DNA from: a virus
Lineage: Duplodnaviria > Caudoviricetes
DNA length: 64,000 bases
Reading direction: 5' to 3' (one strand)
Virus record (IMG/VR): IMGVR_UViG_3300021960_000017
Part shown: one piece after another, positions 36,418 to 46,159 of the stretch
Layout: each line of letters opens with the position of its first letter
Numbering within the stretch: position 1 is the stretch's first letter
Position numbers and translations under genes: made by a program
Notes under the pieces: generated by a model
The model's database searches: none
Seen by the model: the letters and a program-made list of their open reading frames with translations, nothing else
Told to the model about the DNA's origin: nothing

Positions 36418-37458
36418 ATGCGTATAGGTTTTGCATGCAAATATTTCCATCCAGATCGCAGTTTGACCAAAAAACTGCTGGAAGAAATTGAGCGTCCTCT
36501 TAACGAGCGATGTACTACAATAACCTGGCTTAATAGACAAAAGCGTGAAGTTGCAGAGCAAAGACTCTGGGACATTATGGTACACAACATACAGGGCATA
36601 GAAAACTTAGTTAAATACGTGGGGAGTTTACCTGATGACTTACGAATGGTCCGCATTGGAAGTAATATCCTTCCTGCTTATACTGAGCCTAACTGGAGTT
36701 ACTATTGGAAAGAACCTAGCGTTCAAAGGTATTGTGAGCGAGTATTTGCAAAAGTTGGTGATGTTGCAAGGGCTCTTGATGTACGCCTGTCTATGCATCC
36801 TGGTCAGTTCACTGTTCTGGCAAGCGATAATCCTGATATTGTAGAGCGTAGTCTAGAAGAGTTTGAATACCATACTGATATGATCAGATGGATGGGATAT
36901 GGCAAACAGTTTCAGGACTTTAAATGTAATGTACATATCAGTGGCAAACAGGGCCCAGCAGGCATTAAAGCAATACTACCAAAACTTAGCCCAGAAGCAA
37001 GAAACACAATCACTATAGAAAACGATGAAATGTCCTGGGGACTGGATGCAAGTCTAGAACTGGAACAGGATGTTGCACTAGTGTGTGACATTCATCATCA
37101 CTGGGTAGCAACAGGAGAATATATTAATGCTAATGATGACAGGATTAAGCGCATTCGCGACAGTTGGCGTGGTGTGCGTCCTGTTATTCATTTCAGTGTA
37201 TCACGAGAAGATGTATTGGTTGGCTTCCCTCAGAATGTGCTTCCTAGAATGCACGATCTATTAGAAATCGGTCACAAAAAAGCAAAACTTAGAGCACACT
37301 CGGATTACTATTGGAATCACAAGGTTAACAAGTGGGCCTGGAGTTTTAAAGACGACTTTGATATTATGTGCGAAGCAAAGTGTAAGCAGGTTGCTAGTAT
37401 TGACTTTTACAATCAGATGACAGGAAGTAATGTCAGTCCTTACCTAGCAGATAAATAA
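36418..37458 (+). CDS. uvsE: UV damage endonuclease UvsE/UvdE
   Basis: RIGFAC, RLSMHPGQF, TIENDE, DIHHH, AHSD, MCEAK. Confidence 0.93.
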   Translation: MRIGFACKYFHPDRSLTKKLLEEIERPLNERCTTITWLNRQKREVAEQRLWDIMVHNIQGIENLVKYVGSLPDDLRMVRIGSNILPAYTEPNWSYYWKEPSVQRYCERVFAKVGDVARALDVRLSMHPGQFTVLASDNPDIVERSLEEFEYHTDMIRWMGYGKQFQDFKCNVHISGKQGPAGIKAILPKLSPEARNTITIENDEMSWGLDASLELEQDVALVCDIHHHWVATGEYINANDDRIKRIRDSWRGVRPVIHFSVSREDVLVGFPQNVLPRMHDLLEIGHKKAKLRAHSDYYWNHKVNKWAWSFKDDFDIMCEAKCKQVASIDFYNQMTGSNVSPYLADK

Positions 37459-37515
37459 ATTTAGCAACGCCGGTATAATCCGACGTCAGACCAAATGGAC
37501 GCTATGGTAACTTCC
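37441..37515 (+). ncRNA. candidate late-promoter small RNA/leader
   Basis: CAGATAAATAAATTTAG start identical to the hsp20 leader, followed by GC-rich hairpins and no sizeable ORF. Confidence 0.3.
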
Positions 37516-37528
37516 ATTTATCAATGAT

Positions 37529-37557
37529 TTGACATTGAAACGCCCTCTGTATATAAT
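37529..37557 (+). promoter_or_regulatory. sigma70-like promoter of the TctA operon
   Basis: TTGACA-N17-TATAAT. Confidence 0.75.
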
Positions 37558-37593
37558 TTATATTATTAGCACCCAACTGTTATAGGTTTAATT

Positions 37594-38925
37594 ATGTTAG
37601 AACTATCATATGTTGTTCTTAGCGGTATTTTTGTGGGTTTGGTTGCAGGGCTATTGCCAGGTCTTGGCTCAACGGCAATATTACTATTGGCTCTGCCAGT
37701 TCTCTATACGCTTCCGCCAGAACTTTGTATAATCTACTATGCAGTAGCAATACAAAGTTCACAGTTTAGTGGAAGTGTGAGTGCAATTAATTTTGGAATG
37801 ATGGGAGAACTTACTAGTTATCCTGCCCTTATGGAAAGGCAAAGCATTCTTAAAAACAATCTACAAAAAACTGCATTACGGTTTACTGCACTGGGAAGTG
37901 CTATAGCCTGTATTATTCCTGCCTTAAGTTTGTACTGGTTACTGGAATGGTTTAAAGACCAGCATACTATTATGCGTACAGACTTTATATTCGGTATAAC
38001 ACTTGTTATAATATTATTTTGTTTACTTTATAAAAGCAACAAGAAAATAGTAAATGCTATATTAATTTTACTTGGTATTATTATATCTCAAGTAGGTTTA
38101 AGAAATCAAGGAGCGGCAGAAAGAGAATTCCTAACATTTGGACAACCATGGTTATATGGTGGTATCCCAATGATAAGTGTACTTGCAGGACTAATTGCGG
38201 TGCCTTTAGTAATTAGGTATATCACCTGGAAAGAAAATAACGATGTAATTGGCATAAGCAAAGTAACAGAAACTGCTCCTAGATTTCCGTTTGCAAGTGT
38301 TTTACGCGGAGGTATCCTAGGATTGTTTACTGGTTTACTTCCTGCTATAGGCACACAAATCGGTAGTAACCTAGCATGGTATGTAGAAAAAAAACTAAAG
38401 CCAAGCAATAGTAATCAACATGTCATGGCTAGATTAGTTGCTGCTGAAACTGCAAATAATGGTAGTCAGATCACTGTTTTGGTTCCTTTGCTTATAATAG
38501 GTATTGCTATTGTTCCAAGTGAAATGCTCTTGTTAAGCATACTGGAAACAAAATTTTGGATGCCTGGCCAGAACACATTTGATATATTAGGGTTGAACTT
38601 TTACCAACTAATAATACTTTCATTAATAACTGCAAGTATTGTCTCATATCTTAGTTGTTATACTTTTCTATCCTTAATCTATCGTTTCTTAAAAAATAAT
38701 CTTATATTATTAAACCGATTAACATTAATAATAATGACCGTGGCAGTCGTATATTCAGGAAGTCTTGTAGAAGCAAGAATGTTTTTTCTTGCTACATTTA
38801 TGGCTTTTGCTGGATTGGCTATATGGTTAAAAAATGTAGACTTTATTCCTTTTGTTGCTGGATATTTTATTGGAGATATCTTTATTGACAGTTGGGTAAT
38901 ATTAAGTTACATTTATAGTAATTAA
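37594..38925 (+). CDS. tctA: tripartite tricarboxylate transporter TctA-like permease
   Basis: GLVAGLLPGLG, FSGSVSAI, GLFTGLLPAIG, AAETANNG; ~12 TM. Confidence 0.85.
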   Translation: MLELSYVVLSGIFVGLVAGLLPGLGSTAILLLALPVLYTLPPELCIIYYAVAIQSSQFSGSVSAINFGMMGELTSYPALMERQSILKNNLQKTALRFTALGSAIACIIPALSLYWLLEWFKDQHTIMRTDFIFGITLVIILFCLLYKSNKKIVNAILILLGIIISQVGLRNQGAAEREFLTFGQPWLYGGIPMISVLAGLIAVPLVIRYITWKENNDVIGISKVTETAPRFPFASVLRGGILGLFTGLLPAIGTQIGSNLAWYVEKKLKPSNSNQHVMARLVAAETANNGSQITVLVPLLIIGIAIVPSEMLLLSILETKFWMPGQNTFDILGLNFYQLIILSLITASIVSYLSCYTFLSLIYRFLKNNLILLNRLTLIIMTVAVVYSGSLVEARMFFLATFMAFAGLAIWLKNVDFIPFVAGYFIGDIFIDSWVILSYIYSN

Positions 38926-38943
38926 ACATTTAAGGAGTAACAT

Positions 38944-39804
38944 ATGTTTAATAAAATTATGACTGGAGCTCTAGTCATTTTAGGCTTATCACTTGGAAAC
39001 GCAAGTGCTAGCGAAACAATCAACTTCTTTGTTGGACATGGCAATGGTGGTTTGTCTAGTGCATTTCAAACCAAAGTAGCTACAGGTTTAAAAGACAAGG
39101 GTTGGAATATTAATTTTAAAATCATTGGTAACTGCGGGAAAGTAAAAGCGGACCTTGATAGTTCAAACGAGCCAATGATTGCTGGCTGGGGTGCTGATTG
39201 GAATGCAGACAGTAAAAATGTTTGCTATAACCCACCATCAGCTGATGCTTTTGTTGATGTGTTTGTTATTAGTCCACGCCTATTATGTGGGCCATTAGGC
39301 GACGCAAACTTCAAACTCGAAAAAGGTAAGAAGTATGTAGTAGGTGTTAATGAAGGACAGAATCACCAAGTATTACTAAACGATTTAGGTGCGAAGTTAG
39401 GTATAACTTTTAAAGTAGTTGAATATAGGAATTCAGGATTTATTAAACGTGCGATGCAGGCAAAAGAAATTGATGCATGGTATACTACAAAAGGTCTAGT
39501 TGAACATCAATCCGGACAACAGAAATGTTTGTATGGTACTCTAACTACACCACTAGATGGTATTACTCCATTAAATACTGTACTTAATACAGACAATGTT
39601 TACTCAAGTTTCGTAGGATATCTTATCACTAATAATAAGTTTAGTGCAGATACCCGCAAGAAACTAGTAGCAGACATTAATGACATTATCAAAAGTGCTG
39701 AGTACAGAAGTGCACTAAAGTCCACTGGTAGTTATGTAACTGACGATAACAGTGAAGCACAGGTAGACTATGTAAAGGCTACAGCCAAGGCTTTTGCAAA
39801 GTAA
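38944..39804 (+). CDS. periplasmic substrate-binding protein, TctC/Bug-like
   Basis: Signal peptide; VGHGNGG start; VVEYRNSG..RAMQAKEID; directly after tctA. Confidence 0.65.
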   Translation: MFNKIMTGALVILGLSLGNASASETINFFVGHGNGGLSSAFQTKVATGLKDKGWNINFKIIGNCGKVKADLDSSNEPMIAGWGADWNADSKNVCYNPPSADAFVDVFVISPRLLCGPLGDANFKLEKGKKYVVGVNEGQNHQVLLNDLGAKLGITFKVVEYRNSGFIKRAMQAKEIDAWYTTKGLVEHQSGQQKCLYGTLTTPLDGITPLNTVLNTDNVYSSFVGYLITNNKFSADTRKKLVADINDIIKSAEYRSALKSTGSYVTDDNSEAQVDYVKATAKAFAK

Positions 39805-39806
39805 GC

Positions 39807-40469
39807 ATGAAGTTTTTAGATTACGGTGATCAAGGCCTACTGGTAGACTTTGGAGACACAGTCTCCCAAGAGTTAAACCAGGAAATCCTTGATTACTGTA
39901 ATTTACTCAGGGAAAAAAACTTTCCTGAGATAGCATATGTTATACCTACTTATAACAAACTTACAGTATATTTTAAATCACCACTAAGCGATCAAAATCC
40001 TGTTAGAAACTTTTTAAGTTCTAAAAATATAAGCCTAGTTAGCGGTAAATCTAAAACAATCGAAATACCTGCATGTTTTGAACCCGAGTTTGGGTTAGAT
40101 ATACAACGGATAGCAGATTACTGTAACGTTACTTCCCATAAATTGATAGACCAATTTTGCAGCAAGCCATATTATGTATATGGTTATGGGTTTTTGCCAG
40201 GCATGCCAAAATATGGTGACACAGATTTTATAGCACCCAAAAGATTAGATAAGCCCAGGGAAAATGTGCCCAAAGGTAGTATAGGTAGTGTAGAAAAATA
40301 TTGTAGTGTTTACACTGAACAGATTTCTGGGGGGTGGAATATTATTGGCAGAACACCTGTGAAATTTTTTAACAAAGATAGTGAAAGCCCTTGTTTGGTA
40401 AATCCTGGAGATTTAATACAATATTTTCCTGTAACTTCCAAAGAATATAAAAATTATGCCAACAATTAA
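39807..40469 (+). CDS. pxpB: 5-oxoprolinase subunit B / KipI-like
   Basis: YGDQGLLVDF, IPTY, YGFLPG, PRENVPKGSIG, SGGWNIIGRT. Confidence 0.9.
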   Translation: MKFLDYGDQGLLVDFGDTVSQELNQEILDYCNLLREKNFPEIAYVIPTYNKLTVYFKSPLSDQNPVRNFLSSKNISLVSGKSKTIEIPACFEPEFGLDIQRIADYCNVTSHKLIDQFCSKPYYVYGYGFLPGMPKYGDTDFIAPKRLDKPRENVPKGSIGSVEKYCSVYTEQISGGWNIIGRTPVKFFNKDSESPCLVNPGDLIQYFPVTSKEYKNYANN

Positions 40470-41361
40470 ATTTTTAAATGCAGGACTACATTGTAGTTTT
40501 CAGGATACTGGCAGACTAGGATATCAACATCTAGGTATTAGTCCCAGCGGATGTATTGATAATAAGATTTATAATTTAGTTGATACTGCATTAGATAACG
40601 CAGGCTGTGTTTTAGAGTTCGCTGAGATAGGGCCCAGTATACAAATAATATCAGGTACTGTTGTAGTCTGTTTAATTGGAGACTTTAACTTTAATATTAT
40701 TAAGCAAGGTAAAAATTATACTGGCGATATTTTTAAAATTTACCACCTATACCCAGGAGATATATTAGAAGTAGGCAAAACTAAGGATTTAGTTTATGGT
40801 TATATAGGTTTCAAAAATAGTCCTGGTCATACTCCTAGTTTTGGCAGTTATAGTATGAATAAGTATAATAAATTGGGATATAACAATGGAAACAATTTTA
40901 GTAAAGATGACATCTTATTTTTAAAACCAGCAAAAGATTTTGAAATTCTTAATCATGAACAAGATATTAGCCTTAGTAGTACAGATATCTTTGTAACACC
41001 TGGACCACAATTTAATAAATTTACATTAACCCAAATAGATAAATTTTTTAGCAGTCAATATACAGTAACAAACAAACGTGACAGAATGGGCATGTGGTTA
41101 GATGGACCAAAACTAAAGTATCAGATAACCCAGGATTTAATGAGTGAAGGCATTGTTAGGGGAGCAATACAAATAACCCCAAGCGGTGATTGTGTTACTC
41201 TTTTAAGTCACCATGGTGTCACTGGAGGATATCCTAAAATTGCTATTGTAAGTAACATTAGTTTTAGAAATTTAGCTCAATGTAAAGAAGGTACTGATAT
41301 AAAATTTGTATTAATTGATGAAATAGAAAGTAGACGTTTATATGAACTTACCAGTAGATGA
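40456..41361 (+). CDS. pxpC: 5-oxoprolinase subunit C / KipA-like
   Basis: SFQDTGRLG, LEFAEIGP, RDRMG, GAIQITPSG, TGGYPKI. Confidence 0.9.
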   Translation: MPTIKFLNAGLHCSFQDTGRLGYQHLGISPSGCIDNKIYNLVDTALDNAGCVLEFAEIGPSIQIISGTVVVCLIGDFNFNIIKQGKNYTGDIFKIYHLYPGDILEVGKTKDLVYGYIGFKNSPGHTPSFGSYSMNKYNKLGYNNGNNFSKDDILFLKPAKDFEILNHEQDISLSSTDIFVTPGPQFNKFTLTQIDKFFSSQYTVTNKRDRMGMWLDGPKLKYQITQDLMSEGIVRGAIQITPSGDCVTLLSHHGVTGGYPKIAIVSNISFRNLAQCKEGTDIKFVLIDEIESRRLYELTSR

Positions 41362-42586
41362 TCTTTATAAAATACCAGCTTTTGTCAGAAAGTTTGGTGT
41401 TTATAAACATAAAGACAAGTATTATACTAATAAGTATAGAGCATTAAAAGCTGCTGGTACTGATTATGTCCAGTGGATATTTAACGATGATGTTTACGCA
41501 AAATACGATTTTACAAAAGAACCAAGTGAAGACATATATAGTCTATATGCTAAAAGAGCTTGGCAAATCAGAGAAAAATTTGATAAAGTTGTTATTTATT
41601 TTAGTGGCGGTATAGATAGCACCTGTGTTCTAAGAACATTTGTAGACAATAATATTCCTATTGATGCAGTAGTAGTGTGTGGCGCATGGTCAGGCGGCAA
41701 ACACTCCGATATCAATACAGCCGAACAAACTAAAGTTGCCATACCCTATTTAAAAATGATAGAGCGGGAACGCAATATAAAACTTAATGTTCACTTTTTA
41801 GATGTAGTAAATGCTCATAGACATTATAATGAAGATTGGATTTATTCTAATAGTTATAACCTTGTACCAGCATGCATAGCTTATAACTATTATGATCAGG
41901 ATCCCTTTTTACAAAATATAATGATGCAAGGCAATGCATGTACAGTACGTGGAGTAGATAAACCACGTATTATATGTGAAGATGGCAAATGGTATCTAGC
42001 GTTTTTAGATGTTACCCTTGGCGGCGTTACTTCATATAGTAACTACGAGGAAAAGCCTATACACTTAACTGATGAATTTTTTTATTGGTCACCTGATTTA
42101 GTAGAGTTAGTAATTAAACAAGCCCACGTTATAGTTGGTGAATTTGAGAGAAGATTTAGTAAAGAGGAATGTGAAACTAAGTTTACTAAATTGTCTAAAT
42201 TTGACAAAATTGGATACGGTAATTTAGTAGAACCTATTGTATATGGCAGGTATGTAAGGCAAGCAATAGGTGCAGATAGGCCCTATTTTAGTCTTACTCC
42301 GCCGTATAGTAGTGTATACAATCCAAAATCCTGGTGGTTTTTCAATGCTAAAGATGAGTTTAAAAAAGATGTGAGTTTATTTGTTGAGGGTATCAGTAAT
42401 CTAACTAATATAATTGACCCAATGCATTTTAATAAAGTTCCTAATGATAAAAAATTTAATACATGGATAAAAAATGCACCAATAGATAAATTTATTATCC
42501 CAGAAATAGGAAGCAATAGCCCTCTTTTTGGAACTGTTGGCTGTTGGAGCCCCTGGTACCATATTAAAGATTATGAATCACAATAA
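41342..42586 (+). CDS. PP-loop (adenine nucleotide alpha-hydrolase) ATP pyrophosphatase-like protein
   Basis: IYFSGGIDS motif. Confidence 0.65.
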   Translation: MNLPVDDLYKIPAFVRKFGVYKHKDKYYTNKYRALKAAGTDYVQWIFNDDVYAKYDFTKEPSEDIYSLYAKRAWQIREKFDKVVIYFSGGIDSTCVLRTFVDNNIPIDAVVVCGAWSGGKHSDINTAEQTKVAIPYLKMIERERNIKLNVHFLDVVNAHRHYNEDWIYSNSYNLVPACIAYNYYDQDPFLQNIMMQGNACTVRGVDKPRIICEDGKWYLAFLDVTLGGVTSYSNYEEKPIHLTDEFFYWSPDLVELVIKQAHVIVGEFERRFSKEECETKFTKLSKFDKIGYGNLVEPIVYGRYVRQAIGADRPYFSLTPPYSSVYNPKSWWFFNAKDEFKKDVSLFVEGISNLTNIIDPMHFNKVPNDKKFNTWIKNAPIDKFIIPEIGSNSPLFGTVGCWSPWYHIKDYESQ

Positions 42587-43648
42587 ACTTATTTGAATTT
42601 TGTTGAAGTCGGAGTCGCTCCAACGATAAGGATATTCGCAAGTTTGATCTGAAGTTTGTATTCTATATACATCTAGGTGACGAGTTAGTATATTCTGAAC
42701 TGTCTCTGAGTCTTTTGTCTCAAAACTCTTATTAAGATCTACTTGGGCTACTAATGGGTGCCCAATAGTTAAACTTGGATCTTTTGGATCCCATCCATGT
42801 TTTTTTAACCATTCTTTAAACTGATCTATACGTTCGTGTCTAGATGGCAAATCCTTTATAGATTTACTCCAACTAATGTCAAAGTCTGCAGCGGCTTCTA
42901 TTTGCGGCCTAAGTGCAGTAGTTATAAGATCATCTATGTCTGCGTCGTTTTCATCATTAAACACTTCCCAGTGTGTCTTACTAACTGACTTGTTTACCCC
43001 TATATATACTTCACCTAAGTCCCTGTGTAAGGCATCTACACCAAATAAATCATAGTCTTTTTCTGGATCTAATTTAAATCTAGGTGTATTCAAAAAGCAA
43101 AAAAGTTGATTATACTGTGCCCATTCAGGGACAGATAACCTTTTCCTTTCTGATAATGCAAAACTTTCTAGTTCATGACACAATAAATTTAACCGTCTAA
43201 TACAATGTTTAATTGCTGGACTTGCTACATTATAGTAACTACTAATACTTCCGCTATGTCCTTGCAAGTCTTCAAAATATCTGTGCAGCCAATTAGTCTT
43301 ATCGTGTATTAATCTATATCCGGGTTTTCCTGGTCCTACTTCCCCTGATGTAACTACATTATCAGTTGTAAACTCATCATTAATAACGTATGGCGTTATT
43401 CCAGGCCATTCATAGCAGTTAATTTGTGAAATACAATCATTGATTTCTTTGCAAATATATTCTAGGTTACGTTCTGTAAATCCCATCCAGTGATAGTTCT
43501 TTTCCAAGTGATAACCATTTTTTAATGTTGTATTTAAATTTGTAAGCCACTTATGACTAAGCGAGTTGTCCACCACATTAATGTATACTGGGCATAACTC
43601 TCCAGTTTTACTTCTTAGTGTAACTATAATTTGATCTAGTGTCTTCAT
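42578..43648 (-). CDS. hypothetical protein
   Basis: 356 aa ORF. Confidence 0.75.
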   Translation of the reverse strand: MKTLDQIIVTLRSKTGELCPVYINVVDNSLSHKWLTNLNTTLKNGYHLEKNYHWMGFTERNLEYICKEINDCISQINCYEWPGITPYVINDEFTTDNVVTSGEVGPGKPGYRLIHDKTNWLHRYFEDLQGHSGSISSYYNVASPAIKHCIRRLNLLCHELESFALSERKRLSVPEWAQYNQLFCFLNTPRFKLDPEKDYDLFGVDALHRDLGEVYIGVNKSVSKTHWEVFNDENDADIDDLITTALRPQIEAAADFDISWSKSIKDLPSRHERIDQFKEWLKKHGWDPKDPSLTIGHPLVAQVDLNKSFETKDSETVQNILTRHLDVYRIQTSDQTCEYPYRWSDSDFNKIQISLL

Positions 43649-43650
43649 TC

Positions 43651-43678
43651 AAAAAAAAGGGTGACATAAAGTCACCCC
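43651..43678 (-). terminator. intrinsic terminator
   Basis: GGGTGAC-TTTAT-GTCACCC plus T run on the minus strand. Confidence 0.8.
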
Positions 43679-43808
43679 TCCTAATTTGTACTGCTTCCAG
43701 TTTTTATGATATGGGATAATTTCGCCATATGACAGTGGTTTATCCGGCACTGCCTCCAAACGTTTCATCGTTTCTTACTGTCTCTGATCCTCTAGGAAGT
43801 ATAATTAT

Positions 43809-44096
43809 TTACTTCTTGGATCCAGTCTGGTTAACAAAATCATAAAACTTTTCTGCTGCTTCAAGAATCTTCTCTGCACCTGGAACTTCAGGGGCTTCAA
43901 ACTTTGTTACAACTTCGCCGTCTTGCTTCTCTACTGAAAGTGACCAAGCACCAAATCTTGAATGGTAATCATTCCAAACATGGTCCTTTGCCATTTCAAG
44001 AATCTTTGTACGAATCTCGTAACCATTCTTGTTAAAATTAACTTGGGGCATAAAGGCTTTCGCAGCCTGTGTAAACTCTTCTGGTGTTTTAAACAT
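43809..44096 (-). CDS. hypothetical protein (late)
   Basis: GGAG RBS; start moved to MFKTPEEF. Confidence 0.75.
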   Translation of the reverse strand: MFKTPEEFTQAAKAFMPQVNFNKNGYEIRTKILEMAKDHVWNDYHSRFGAWSLSVEKQDGEVVTKFEAPEVPGAEKILEAAEKFYDFVNQTGSKK

Positions 44097-44156
44097 TTTT
44101 TTTCTCCGTCTGTTAGTGTGTGTTATGTTGCATCGCAACATATTATTTATCTACAA

Positions 44157-44232
44157 TGGTGGAGATGAGGAGGATCGAACTCCTGACCTTCGGAATGCAA
44201 ATCCGACGCTCTCCCAGCTGAGCTACATCCCC
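44157..44232 (-). tRNA. tRNA-Ala(TGC)
   Basis: GGGGATG/CATCTCC acceptor with G3:U70, TCGGA-TT TGC AT-TCCGA, CCA. Confidence 0.96.
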
Positions 44233-44296
44233 ATTGTCCTTGTATTATATGACAGAATTATTTATAATGCAATAAATTTATTTTTCACATTTTTGG

Positions 44297-44324
44297 TTGA
44301 CTACCCGTATATCTGTGTTAATAT
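44297..44324 (+). promoter_or_regulatory. sigma70-like promoter, divergent from tRNA-Ala
   Basis: TTGACT-N16-TAATAT with extended TG. Confidence 0.55.
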
Positions 44325-44354
44325 CATCATAGTTAAACAAACAGGAGCAAGCAC

Positions 44355-44693
44355 ATGGTAGGCATTTACAAAATCCACCAAATCGTGTTAGATGATGATC
44401 TTGTAGACCTCATTAATAAGGAAGGCTGGAAGTGTCATGTTAAGGCTCTTGCTTATATAGAAGCAATGGATAAAGGCGACGCCAAACTAGGTGTAATGCA
44501 CGATTGCTACTCACATGTTGGAGATATTATTGCTGATGATTTAGAACATGTGTTTGAAGTAGGCAATATTGGTCCTGAGGATAGGATCCAACGGCATGGT
44601 CGTATGCGTAGTGTAAGTGTTGGTGATATTGTTGAAGATCCCAATGGTGTTAAGCACGTAGTTGCCAAGTTTGGCTTTGAGGAGTTAGCATGA
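44355..44693 (+). CDS. hypothetical protein (YodL-like RSVSVGDIV motif)
   Basis: CAGGAG RBS; MRSVSVGDIV. Confidence 0.7.
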   Translation: MVGIYKIHQIVLDDDLVDLINKEGWKCHVKALAYIEAMDKGDAKLGVMHDCYSHVGDIIADDLEHVFEVGNIGPEDRIQRHGRMRSVSVGDIVEDPNGVKHVVAKFGFEELA

Positions 44694-44791
44694 ACCTACT
44701 AAATGCTATAGTGCTCTATGGTTTAGGTTTGCAAAACATTGCTATTAATTATTCGCCAATAATTCAAACGTGGACTTAGAAAGGATTCGAT

Positions 44792-45043
44792 ATGGCTAGA
44801 ACAGCAGGAAAAGACAAGCGTATTATGGATCTTAAGGCAAAAGCACCTAAAGTTCCGCCTAATACATGTCCTTATATTAACTTTGTGCAAGAAATCATCG
44901 AAGATCATTTTAAGTATGATGATAGTGTGGATGAACACCGCAAGGCTACCTTGCTTGAAACTCTAGAGTATATTAGGAAAGCAAACGAAACTCTCAGAGA
45001 CTCTTCACTTTATTGGTATCAACAGTACAAAAAAGTTGCATAA
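44792..45043 (+). CDS. hypothetical protein
   Basis: 83 aa ORF with AAGGA RBS. Confidence 0.7.
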   Translation: MARTAGKDKRIMDLKAKAPKVPPNTCPYINFVQEIIEDHFKYDDSVDEHRKATLLETLEYIRKANETLRDSSLYWYQQYKKVA

Positions 45044-45056
45044 ATTTGAAAAATGG

Positions 45057-45084
45057 TTGACTCCAGGTGTTTTTGTGCTATTAT
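45057..45084 (+). promoter_or_regulatory. sigma70-like promoter
   Basis: TTGACT-N16-TATTAT with TG. Confidence 0.6.
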
Positions 45085-45117
45085 GATAATATGAAAACAA
45101 ACACAAGGACCAAGCAA

Positions 45118-45459
45118 ATGAACAAGATTTATGCAGTTATCGAGGACTTAGACAACAAGCGCAACGAGCTAGGCTTTGAAACTCGCTGGAGCATGTTCAA
45201 CGAAGAGATTGTTAACCTCACAGATAAGGTTGTTGATGAAGAGCGTGAAACATATCGCATTACATATCGTGCATATGATGTGAACATGCAAGAATGCGAG
45301 TTCAGCCACTTCACACACGAAAACACTGTAGAAGGTTTTTGGAGAGCAGCAGAGTCAGTTTTCCAATCAGCCAAACGCCACTGTGGTGACTGGCATGTGT
45401 TTGTAGAAGGCTTCGAGCTGGTAGAAGACGGCAGCTTTAGAATGATTGCTGGGTCCTAA
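45118..45459 (+). CDS. hypothetical early protein
   Basis: ORF after the promoter with AAGGA RBS. Confidence 0.7.
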   Translation: MNKIYAVIEDLDNKRNELGFETRWSMFNEEIVNLTDKVVDEERETYRITYRAYDVNMQECEFSHFTHENTVEGFWRAAESVFQSAKRHCGDWHVFVEGFELVEDGSFRMIAGS

Positions 45460-45469
45460 GGAGGACAGT

Positions 45470-45640
45470 ATGGAAATTGAAGTAGGTAGAGTTTGGCTAG
45501 TAGTTGATCGCAAGGACGGCAGCAACTACTTTGCAGAAGACGATGGCTCTCTGTCAGGTATGCTCAGTGCTACTGCTAAGAAAGCCAAAGGTGATAAACA
45601 AACCTGGGTAGATGAAGATAACTTCTATATCATGATGTAA
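45470..45640 (+). CDS. hypothetical protein
   Basis: GGAGG RBS. Confidence 0.65.
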   Translation: MEIEVGRVWLVVDRKDGSNYFAEDDGSLSGMLSATAKKAKGDKQTWVDEDNFYIMM

Positions 45641-45650
45641 GGATTGCGCT

Positions 45651-45881
45651 ATGAAAGTAGGCGACAAAATAGAACTCAAAGGCCGTAGCAAACACGGTAA
45701 AAACCGTATTCAAGCGTTTGGCTCTGAGTTTACAGTAGGTGAGATACGTTCACGTATTCACACTATTACCCATAGACATATGCCAGGTCCGTTTGCGCTG
45801 GTGTTTAACTCTAAGGCTGACAGTATGCGTTGGATCGCTGTTGAGGATGATCCTGATTTCGAGTTAGTTTCGGACAATTAA
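45651..45881 (+). CDS. hypothetical protein
   Basis: 76 aa ORF with AAGGA RBS. Confidence 0.7.
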   Translation: MKVGDKIELKGRSKHGKNRIQAFGSEFTVGEIRSRIHTITHRHMPGPFALVFNSKADSMRWIAVEDDPDFELVSDN

Positions 45882-45892
45882 ACTAAATAGGG

Positions 45893-46105
45893 TTGTTGTT
45901 GCTAGGAGGTTGCGCCCAAATGTCTGTAAATTCAGTCGACTATGTCTATCTGACAGGATCCCGAGAATTATTAAACGAAGTAAAATACAAACAAGATTTA
46001 AGTTATCCCTGGGCCAGCCAGGATGTTGAGCATAATCGGCAAATTGTTAAAGAATATTTAGAATTTAGATACAAAACAGCGCAAGAAAAAATAGACAACG
46101 ATTGA
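45893..46105 (+). CDS. hypothetical protein
   Basis: ORF after TAAATA; start uncertain (ATG near 45920 has GGAGG). Confidence 0.5.
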   Translation: MLLLGGCAQMSVNSVDYVYLTGSRELLNEVKYKQDLSYPWASQDVEHNRQIVKEYLEFRYKTAQEKIDND

Positions 46106-46129
46106 CTTTACTCCTTAACGTGCTATTAT
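46102..46129 (+). promoter_or_regulatory. sigma70-like promoter
   Basis: TTGACT-N16-TATTAT with TG. Confidence 0.6.
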
Positions 46130-46159
46130 AGGCATATGATGAACGTTGAGGAGCGGATT

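Noticed and set aside
43651-43770. 39-aa minus-strand ORF MKRLEAVPDK...
   Set aside because: Weak RBS, and it runs through the terminator hairpin; insufficient support
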